From contig CAZHST010000013.1 in assembly GCA_964535215.1 (NCBI GenBank), positions 7,758 to 71,757 on the forward strand: a stretch of DNA of 64,000 nucleotides, read 5' to 3'. The notes under the pieces are model-generated. The model had not been told where the DNA came from. It saw only the letters and a list, made by a program, of their open reading frames with translations, and did no database searches. Source of the DNA: an uncultured bacterium. Its GTDB lineage: Bacteria > Methylomirabilota > Methylomirabilia > Methylomirabilales > JACQHM01. Both the position numbers and the translations under genes were made by a program. Shown one piece after another: positions 56,913-64,000 of the stretch. Numbering within the stretch: position 1 is the stretch's first letter; every line of letters starts with the position of its first letter.

Positions 56913-57607
56913 CGATCCGTAAGACCAAGGGATTGATCATCGCCATTGATGGTCCTGTCGCCTCCGGGAAGAGCACTGCCGCCAAAGGCTTGGCCAAACG
57001 TCTCGGGTACCGGTATATTGATACAGGGGCTACGTATCGGGCTTTGGCGTGGAAGGCCTTGGCGCTGGGGCTTGACCTCCAAGATGGACCAGCCCTGGCC
57101 CGTCTCGCCAAGACCCTGGCGATCACGTTTGAAGGCCCTCCTGATGCCCTCAGGGTCTTGGTGGATGGCCAGGATGTGACCGAGGCAATCCGGGCCCCCG
57201 AGATTGATCTCGCCTCCTCGGTTGTCTCCGCCCATGGGGAGGTCCGCGAACCAATGGTTGCCCTCCAGCGAAGCTTGGCCCAAGAGGGGGGGGTGGTGAT
57301 GGATGGTCGGGATGTGGGGACGGTGGTCTTCCCCGATGCCGATCTGAAATTCTATCTGGACGCCTCCCCGGAGACACGGGCCACCCGCCGATTCCAGGAG
57401 GTTTCCGGGAAAGGGCGGGAAACCACCCTCGAGGAGGTGGCGGAAGAGATCCGGATGCGGGATACCAGGGATGCTGGCCGGACGGTTTCACCCTTGCAAA
57501 AGGCCCCCGATGCCATTACCATTGACTCAACCGATCTGGATGTTGAACAGGTCATCTACCGTATGTGGGCAGCCATCTGGGAACGGTTCCGGGGGACGGG
57601 CAGGTAG
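56909..57607 (+). CDS. cmk: Cytidylate kinase
   Basis: IAIDGP.ASGKST, YIDTGA.YR, DGRD.GTVVFPDA and RD.RD..R..SPL; GTG overlaps the aroA stop. Confidence 0.96.
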   Translation: MTIRKTKGLIIAIDGPVASGKSTAAKGLAKRLGYRYIDTGATYRALAWKALALGLDLQDGPALARLAKTLAITFEGPPDALRVLVDGQDVTEAIRAPEIDLASSVVSAHGEVREPMVALQRSLAQEGGVVMDGRDVGTVVFPDADLKFYLDASPETRATRRFQEVSGKGRETTLEEVAEEIRMRDTRDAGRTVSPLQKAPDAITIDSTDLDVEQVIYRMWAAIWERFRGTGR

Positions 57608-57684
57608 AGGTTCCCATCGTTTTTTTCTTGCATTGATGACCTGAGGTTGTCTATGATGGAACTCCCTAAGGGAGGGAAGGTCCT

Positions 57685-58362
57685 ATGTTCTATGCTCTTC
57701 TCCAGGCCCTGTTGCTCCCTGTGGCCAAGCTCCTGTTCCGGCTTCGGGTGGAAGGGGCCGAGAACGTTCCGACGACGGGGGGGGTTATCCTCGCGGCCAA
57801 CCATGTGAGCTTTGCCGATCCCCTTATCCTGGGCCTGGCTGTGAGGAGGCCCCTCTACTTCGTGGCCAAGGAGGAGCTGTTTCGCCACAGGGCTTTTGCC
57901 TGGCTCATCCGGTCCTTAAACGCCTTTCCGGTTGGAAAAGAGCAGAGGAGCGCCGCAGCCCTGAAGAAGACCTTGGCCCTCTTGAAGGCAGGGGAGCCTG
58001 TGGTCATCTTTCCGGAGGGGACCAGAGGTGATGGTCTGACGTTTGGAGAACCAAAGCCCGGGATTGGCCTCGTAGCCAAGAAAAGTGGGGCCCCGGTCAT
58101 CCCGGTCTATCACCAAGGAGCGGAGAAGATCCTCCCTCGGGGGACTGTCTTCCCCCGCATCCATCCAGTGGTGGTTTGCTTCGGTCGGGCCATCCATTTT
58201 CCTGAGGGGTCCAGAGAGGGGAGGGAAGCCCTGGATCTCTTCGGCCAGCGGGTAATGGGGGCCATTGCCTCTCTCAAGGAAGCTCTGGAGAGGAGGAAGG
58301 ATGTTTGTAACAGTTCACCAAATGAAACGACAGTAGGAGGTGCGACAGCAGATGCCTTTTGA
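57685..58362 (+). CDS. plsC: 1-acyl-sn-glycerol-3-phosphate acyltransferase (PlsC-like)
   Basis: NH.SF.DP (HX4D), FPEGTR and A.KSGAPVIPV. Confidence 0.88.
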   Translation: MFYALLQALLLPVAKLLFRLRVEGAENVPTTGGVILAANHVSFADPLILGLAVRRPLYFVAKEELFRHRAFAWLIRSLNAFPVGKEQRSAAALKKTLALLKAGEPVVIFPEGTRGDGLTFGEPKPGIGLVAKKSGAPVIPVYHQGAEKILPRGTVFPRIHPVVVCFGRAIHFPEGSREGREALDLFGQRVMGAIASLKEALERRKDVCNSSPNETTVGGATADAF

Positions 58363-60079
58363 GCCACACGGGACAGAGGAACTTGAGATCCAGGGACAAG
58401 GTCACCAAGGCGATGACCGTTCACCCGCTGAGCTTGACGCCTCGAAGATCGCCGAGTTCTACGAGAGGACCGTCCGAGACATCGTCGAGGGGGAGATCGT
58501 CAAGGGGACCGTGATAGAGATCAAGGGGGATTCGGTCATCGTTGACATCGGTTACAAATCTGAAGGGATCATCCCTATCCGGGAGTTTTACTCTCCCTCG
58601 GGTGAGCTAACGGTTAAGCCGGGCGACGTCGTTGATGTCTACCTCGATCAGAAAGAAGATAGTGAAGGACTCATCGTCCTTTCCAGGGAAAAAGCTGAGA
58701 AGATCAAAATCTGGGACGATCTCGCCAGGATCTATGAGAAGGGTGAGGTCGTTCAGGGCACCATCCTGGGAAAAACCAAGGGCGGGCTGATGGTGGATAT
58801 CGGGGTGAAGGCCTTCCTCCCAGGCTCCCAAGTGGATCTCCGTCCCGTGAAGGATCTGGACAAGCTCATTGGCAAGACCTTCTCGATGAAGGTGATCAAG
58901 CTGAATCAAAAGCGGGGGAACATCGTCCTCTCACGACGGGAGCTGCTGGAGCAGGAGCGAAAGGCCTTGAAGGAGGCGACCATCGCCAGCCTAGAAGAGG
59001 GAAAGCTTGTTAAGGGAAAGGTCAAGAACATCACCGACTACGGGGCCTTCATCGACCTTGGGGGAATTGACGGGTTGCTGCACATCACCGATATGTCCTG
59101 GGGTCGGTTGTCCCATCCGACGGAGCTCTTCAACGTTGGAGACGAGATCGAGGTTGTGGTCTTGAAATTCGATCGTCAGACCGAGCGGGTTTCCCTGGGC
59201 TATAAACAGAAATTCCCCGATCCCTGGGAGGCGGTGGACCAGAAGTATCCAGCCGGTTCCAGGGTCCGGGGCAAGGTGGTCTCCATGACTGATTACGGCG
59301 CCTTCGTGGAACTGGAACCAGGGGTGGAAGGGCTGGTCCATATCTCGGAGATGTCCTGGACCCAACGAGTCAAGCATCCTTCAAAGGTGGTCTCTATCGG
59401 CGATGTGGTTGACGTGGTGGTGCTGGACGTGGACAAGGAGAACCGTCGGATCTCCTTGGGAATGCGTCAGGCAGAGCCTAACCCTTGGGACTCTATCGAG
59501 GAGCGCTATCCTGTCGGGGCCAGGGTATCTGGAAAGGTTCGGAACCTGACGGAATTCGGTGCCTTTGTTGAGCTGGAGGAGGGGATCGACGGTCTGATCC
59601 ACGTCTCGGACCTGGCCTGGAAACGGGTGAAGCACCCTTCAGAGGTCTTGAAGAAAGGGGATCGGATTGAAGCCATCGTTCTCCACGTGGATAAGGAGAA
59701 TCACCGGATCTCTTTAGGGCTCAAGCAGGTCCAGGCCGATCCATGGCAGACTGTTGTTCCCGAGAAGTACCAGGTCGGAATGGACGTGAAGGGGAAAGTG
59801 GTTCGGCTCACAGAGTTTGGCGCCTTTGTTGAGCTGGAGGAGGGGATCGAGGGGCTCCTCCACGTTTCTGAGATGAGCCATCAACGGGTTGCGAGGCCTG
59901 AGGATGTGGTGGCCGTCGGCCAAGAGTTGATGCTGAAGATCATTCGGTTGGACACCGAGGATCGGAAGCTTGGGTTAAGCCTTAAAGCCTATACCGACGC
60001 CAAGGGGCCGTCTGATACGGAGTGGGACCTGGGCCGGTCAAAACGGAAGCGAAAGCGGGACACCGCCAAGGACGAATAG
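58352..60079 (+). CDS. rpsA: 30S ribosomal protein S1
   Basis: Repeated S1 domains (DIGYKSEG, FLPGSQVD, DYGAF.DLGG.DGLLH, GAFVELE.G.EGL.H); ATG 58352 after SD aggagg. Confidence 0.97.
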   Translation: MPFEPHGTEELEIQGQGHQGDDRSPAELDASKIAEFYERTVRDIVEGEIVKGTVIEIKGDSVIVDIGYKSEGIIPIREFYSPSGELTVKPGDVVDVYLDQKEDSEGLIVLSREKAEKIKIWDDLARIYEKGEVVQGTILGKTKGGLMVDIGVKAFLPGSQVDLRPVKDLDKLIGKTFSMKVIKLNQKRGNIVLSRRELLEQERKALKEATIASLEEGKLVKGKVKNITDYGAFIDLGGIDGLLHITDMSWGRLSHPTELFNVGDEIEVVVLKFDRQTERVSLGYKQKFPDPWEAVDQKYPAGSRVRGKVVSMTDYGAFVELEPGVEGLVHISEMSWTQRVKHPSKVVSIGDVVDVVVLDVDKENRRISLGMRQAEPNPWDSIEERYPVGARVSGKVRNLTEFGAFVELEEGIDGLIHVSDLAWKRVKHPSEVLKKGDRIEAIVLHVDKENHRISLGLKQVQADPWQTVVPEKYQVGMDVKGKVVRLTEFGAFVELEEGIEGLLHVSEMSHQRVARPEDVVAVGQELMLKIIRLDTEDRKLGLSLKAYTDAKGPSDTEWDLGRSKRKRKRDTAKDE

Positions 60080-60095
60080 GGGACCTAAGGATCCG

Positions 60096-60974
60096 GTGGG
60101 GAAGGGTGGAAAGCTTTGGCTGTTTCTCGGCGGGTTGATTCTTCTCTTCTTCCTCTTGGTAGGGGGGATGGTTTGGTTCCTGGGCCGGGTGGAGCTTCTC
60201 GGCAGGGACAAGGTGGCCCTTATCACCATTGACGGCGTCATCCTGGACTCTAAGGATGTAATTGATCAATTGGAACAGTACCGTAGATCCCCCTCCGTTA
60301 AGGCTATTGTGATCAGGATTAACAGTCCGGGTGGAGGAGTGGTGGCTTCCCAGGAGATCCACGAGGAAATCCTGAAGGTGCGCCAGCTTGGAAAACCGGT
60401 GATCGCCTCTATGGCCGGGGTAGCCGCCTCAGGCGGCTACTATATCGCTGCCGCCGCTGACCGGATTGTGGCGAACCCCGGGTCGATCACCGGTTCCATC
60501 GGTGTCATCATGCAGATCCCGAATATTGCCGGGCTTCTCCAGAAAGTCGGGATCAAGACAGCCGTCATCAAAAGCGGTGAGCACAAGGATCTCGCCTCGA
60601 GCACTCGCGAGCTCACCCCTGAAGAACGGAGGATCCTCCAAGGTGTCCTCGATGATGTCCACCAACAGTTTATCCAAGCTGTAGCCCAAGGCCGTCGGAT
60701 GGAGAGAACCCGGGTCGAAGCCCTCGCCGATGGCCGGATCTTCAGCGGCCGACAGGCCCTTTCCCTGGGTCTGGTGGATGAGCTCGGAAACCTCCAGGAT
60801 GCCATCGAGCGGGCAGGACAGCTCGGAGGGATTCTTGGAGAGCCGGAGGTGATTCAAGAGCGAAAACGCCGGTTTTCCCTATGGGATCTCCTTACCCAGA
60901 TTCTTGGTTCCAGCCATCTCCACCCTCCCACCGGTTCCTCTTCAGGCGTTTCCCTGGACTATCTCCTTTACTAG
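60096..60974 (+). CDS. sppA: Signal peptide peptidase SppA (short form, S49)
   Basis: INSPGG, AASGGYYIA, TGSIGV, KSGEHKD and ADGRIFSG.QA..LGLVDELG; N-terminal TM segment. Confidence 0.93.
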   Translation: MGKGGKLWLFLGGLILLFFLLVGGMVWFLGRVELLGRDKVALITIDGVILDSKDVIDQLEQYRRSPSVKAIVIRINSPGGGVVASQEIHEEILKVRQLGKPVIASMAGVAASGGYYIAAAADRIVANPGSITGSIGVIMQIPNIAGLLQKVGIKTAVIKSGEHKDLASSTRELTPEERRILQGVLDDVHQQFIQAVAQGRRMERTRVEALADGRIFSGRQALSLGLVDELGNLQDAIERAGQLGGILGEPEVIQERKRRFSLWDLLTQILGSSHLHPPTGSSSGVSLDYLLY

Positions 60975-61003
60975 GGTACCCGAGTTGTAAGGAGGATCCC
61001 CCA

Positions 61004-61285
61004 ATGACCAAAGCCGATCTCATCGAGAAGGTGGCAGCCGCGGTGAATCTGACCAAGAAAGACACCGAGGTCGTCATCGAGACCATTTTGCAGGGTATTG
61101 CCAGGGCTCTGGCCTCGAGAGACGATGGAAAGGTGGAGCTCCGAAGATTTGGGAGCTTCAGGGTGAGAAGTCGAAGGGCCCGTCAAGGGCGAAATCCTCA
61201 GACAGGTCAACCCGTTCAGGTCCCGCCGAAGCGGGTTCCGTACTTCAAACCAGGGAAGGAGCTCAAGGCCCTCATCGAGGGTTAA
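61004..61285 (+). CDS. HU/IHF-beta family DNA-binding protein
   Basis: MTKADLI, VELRRFGSF, RQGRNPQTG and VP.FKPGKELK; follows rpsA-sppA, where ihfB usually sits. Confidence 0.92.
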   Translation: MTKADLIEKVAAAVNLTKKDTEVVIETILQGIARALASRDDGKVELRRFGSFRVRSRRARQGRNPQTGQPVQVPPKRVPYFKPGKELKALIEG

Positions 61286-61312
61286 TTGTTCCTGAACCCG
61301 GTCCAGGATCCG

Positions 61313-63163
61313 ATGAGAAGGTTCTCCCAGCTTTCCGCAAAGCTGGCTGAGCGCTTCCGCTTCACCGATGGCACCACCCGGGAGGCTGAAGAGCTGTTTG
61401 GGAGCCCTCTTCCGCAGTTGCCGGAAGGGCACCTGGGATCGGAGGGTGAGGAGCAGCTCCTGGTTGAACTTCATCCCTCCCTGCAACGGTTCGCACGGGA
61501 GGTGATCGCCTATTTTTACCGAACCTTGACAAGCAAGGATCCGGCTATCCTTCCCCCATGGGCTTCCGGAACGGGAGCTGATCCATATTCCCGATACTTT
61601 GACCTCCTCTCCGAGATCCTCACCAACATCATCGAAAGTGAGCGCCGTCAGGGGCTCCTGAACCTTTTCTGGCTTGCTCACTCCAAACAGGTCGTCCAAA
61701 CTATCAACGATTTCTTTGACTCCTCGAGCATCAAAGCTTATGTGAAGTACCAAATGCATCCTCTGTTAGCCGGTCTCTACCGGGGTGTGTTGACAAGCGT
61801 CTGGCAACGATTCAGAAGCCTCAGGGAAGAAACCCTCTCTTACAATCTCGGTTCTGACTTTAACACGGCGCTGATTGACAGCATCATTGATGATCAACTT
61901 CCCTTGACCGAGCTGGATCTTAGCAAGCTTACCGTCGTTGAACTGGCCGGTCAAATCCTTGTAGAGCAAAATAAGCGTTTTCGGATCAGCTTCAAGGAGT
62001 TTAAGGAGATTTTCGCCATCTGCCGTGACCGGTTGAGAGAGGGGATTCAGAGAAAGGAGGAACCCCTTCTCTCCTTGATCCGCCGGTTTCTCCCTTCAAC
62101 CTTCCACGAGCGGAACCTGGAAGATGAAAGATCCATGCTCAGGATCCTCTTCAACCCCCGTATCCTCACCTATCTCTTCATGGACTACGGAGGAGTGGGT
62201 CAGAGGATCATGGCTAACTCCACCTTAAAGGCTGGTCTGGCCAGGGGCAGGGGGTGGCTTGATCTTCTGAACGCTTACCTGGATTTCGTCCAGGCGCTGA
62301 GGCGAACGGAGATGATTGGAGTCCTCAGGGACATAATCACCCTCATCCCCCCAGGGCTAGACGAGGCGGAGCTAAAGCGGCTCTTCGCGGAAGGGAAGCT
62401 GTACCGTTTTCAGGAATCGGCCGAGATCCTCAACGCTGCTAGAAAGGTCACGATCCTCTTTGCCGACCTTCGAGGCTTCACGAGAACCTCCGAGGGGGGA
62501 GTTTCAGAAGGGGAGCTCGTCTCCTCCCTTTATCGAGTTTTTGATCCCTTGGTTCCAATCGTAAAGCGGTGTGGGGGAAAGATTGATAAGTTCACCGGTG
62601 ATGGGGCAATGGTGATCTACGGGGCGACCAAGCTCTCGAGGGACGACGAGCTCAATGCCATACGGACGGCCCTATCCCTTCAAGCGATGATGGAGGAGCT
62701 CCGCCGCTCCGGCAGAACCCGGTTCCAGATGGGAATCGCTATCCATACAGGTAGAGCTCAGGTGGCCCACTTTATCGTCGATGAGAAGGATATGGATGTC
62801 ACCGTCATAGGCAGGAATGTGAATATCGCTGGACGCCTTTCCGGCTCCGGGGACAAAGCGAAGGAAGAAGAGGCGTATCAGGATGGCCTGGGGGGGTCAT
62901 ATGCATCCCAGGTCGTTGGGCCAAGAAAGGTTTGGGTTGATGAGAAAGGGGTTTTGTATAACACGGGCATCGCTGTGAGCCAGGATACCGTAGACGGGTT
63001 GGCCCGGGTTGTCCCCTTGGAACCGTTGGAGGATCAAGGGAAGGTCGGGTACCGGTTCTTCGACGAGTCCCTGCAAAAAAAAATCTTGCTAGAATACGTT
63101 GGTGATGCTAAGTTTAAAGGTATAGAACGTTCCATCCCTATCTACAGTGTTGATATCGGCTGA
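61313..63163 (+). CDS. Class III adenylate cyclase with a long unrecognised soluble N-terminal region
   Basis: FADLRGFT, DKFTGDG, GIAIHTG and DVTVIG.NVNIAGRL; alternative TTG start at 61286. Confidence 0.85.
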   Translation: MRRFSQLSAKLAERFRFTDGTTREAEELFGSPLPQLPEGHLGSEGEEQLLVELHPSLQRFAREVIAYFYRTLTSKDPAILPPWASGTGADPYSRYFDLLSEILTNIIESERRQGLLNLFWLAHSKQVVQTINDFFDSSSIKAYVKYQMHPLLAGLYRGVLTSVWQRFRSLREETLSYNLGSDFNTALIDSIIDDQLPLTELDLSKLTVVELAGQILVEQNKRFRISFKEFKEIFAICRDRLREGIQRKEEPLLSLIRRFLPSTFHERNLEDERSMLRILFNPRILTYLFMDYGGVGQRIMANSTLKAGLARGRGWLDLLNAYLDFVQALRRTEMIGVLRDIITLIPPGLDEAELKRLFAEGKLYRFQESAEILNAARKVTILFADLRGFTRTSEGGVSEGELVSSLYRVFDPLVPIVKRCGGKIDKFTGDGAMVIYGATKLSRDDELNAIRTALSLQAMMEELRRSGRTRFQMGIAIHTGRAQVAHFIVDEKDMDVTVIGRNVNIAGRLSGSGDKAKEEEAYQDGLGGSYASQVVGPRKVWVDEKGVLYNTGIAVSQDTVDGLARVVPLEPLEDQGKVGYRFFDESLQKKILLEYVGDAKFKGIERSIPIYSVDIG

Positions 63164-63175
63164 GGAACCTCCTTG

Positions 63176-63664
63176 ATGGATGTTCTGTGGGCACCGTGGA
63201 GGATGGCTTACATTACCGGGGTGAAACCCCAGGGGTGCATCTTTTGCGAGAAGGCCAGGGGGGAAGACGACGCTAAGCACTTCGTGCTCTTTCGAGCAAA
63301 GCTCGCTTTTGTCCTTCTGAACATCTATCCTTACAATAACGGTCATCTCATGATCGCGCCATACCGCCATCTCGATGGACTCGAAAAGCTAAATGAGGAT
63401 GAGCTCTTGGATATGATGAGCCTGGCCCAGCGGGCGATCGTCATCCTCATGGAGGGCCTGAAAGCCGAAGGGTTCAACCTGGGGATTAATCAGGGAAGGA
63501 TTGCTGGGGCAGGTATCGAAGAGCATATCCACCTCCATGTTGTCCCGCGCTGGGGAGGAGATACGAACTTTATGCCAGTTTTGGCAGATACCAAGGTGAT
63601 GCCTGAACACCTTGAAGCCACTTATGCGAAGCTTTACCCTCTCTTTCGAGAGGAGCTGGGATGA
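63176..63664 (+). CDS. HIT family hydrolase (Ap4A phosphorylase/FHIT-like)
   Basis: LWAPWR..YI, CIFC, LN.YPYN.GHLM and [15 protein letters not shown]. Confidence 0.93.
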   Translation: MDVLWAPWRMAYITGVKPQGCIFCEKARGEDDAKHFVLFRAKLAFVLLNIYPYNNGHLMIAPYRHLDGLEKLNEDELLDMMSLAQRAIVILMEGLKAEGFNLGINQGRIAGAGIEEHIHLHVVPRWGGDTNFMPVLADTKVMPEHLEATYAKLYPLFREELG

Positions 63665-63674
63665 GGAGGATCAG

Positions 63675-64000
63675 ATGTTGATCAAGATGACGGTCAAAGG
63701 CATAGTCCTCGATCCCATCACCAACATGCCCATCGTCATCCTCAAGGACCCTGAGGAGAGACGAGCCCTTCCCATCTGGGTTGGAATCTTTGAGGCGAAC
63801 GCCATCGCCTTGGAGCTGGAGAAGGTGACGACACCACGACCGATGACCCATGACCTCCTCAAGAACATTCTGGAAGGGTTAGGGGTCAGTGTTCGGCAAA
63901 TCATTGTCAACGACCTTAAGGACAACACCTTTTATGCGGTCATCGAACTGCAATACAACGGGAATATCTTTACCATTGACTCCCGTCCCAGCGATGCGAT
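63675..64000 (+). CDS. Bifunctional nuclease family protein (DUF151), truncated by the window end
   Basis: My translation [25 protein letters not shown]...[14 protein letters not shown]...RPMTHDLL...IDSRPSDA; SD aggagg; not in the supplied ORF track. Confidence 0.9.
   Translation, partial: MLIKMTVKGIVLDPITNMPIVILKDPEERRALPIWVGIFEANAIALELEKVTTPRPMTHDLLKNILEGLGVSVRQIIVNDLKDNTFYAVIELQYNGNIFTIDSRPSDA

Overview
A GC-rich bacterial window with two halves; the LptE and periplasmic quinoprotein genes indicate a diderm, and the lineage cannot be fixed from sequence alone. (1) 55-30622, all on the minus strand: a ~30 kb co-oriented island. It has two tandem xoxF-J-G-like modules, each with a PQQ-type alcohol dehydrogenase carrying the lanthanide-type D-x-D motif. 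These are followed by a histidine kinase and a sigma-54 response regulator, then two sigma-54 operons that share an upstream activator motif. Operon A encodes a creatininase/MftE-like protein, two LLM enzymes, PBP-fold proteins, an SdhA/NadB-like flavoprotein with altered catalytic residues, an SRPBCC protein, an aldehyde dehydrogenase, an ABC-2 transporter with GlcG, and a PAS-LuxR regulator. Operon B encodes one UbiV-like and three UbiU-like U32 proteins, a signal-less PBP-fold protein, a PEP-utilising phosphotransferase and a HisC-like aminotransferase. No pqq genes are visible in the window. This island is the best candidate for an undescribed system, possibly O2-independent synthesis or modification of a quinone-type cofactor, or turnover of an aromatic compound, linked to lanthanide quinoproteins (inference). 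(2) 30893-64000, plus strand except rpsT: mostly housekeeping genes (pilT, recX, alaS, psd, pssA, leuA, asd, truA, leuS, lptE, holA, rpsT, murJ, ilvDBNC, miaA, aroA, cmk, plsC, rpsA, sppA, HU/IHF, HIT, DUF151), plus an enolase-superfamily gene, a class III adenylate cyclase with an unrecognised N-terminus, and a structured intergenic element before asd. No rRNA, tRNA, CRISPR array or mobile element was recognised. Family calls come from motif recognition, not database searches.
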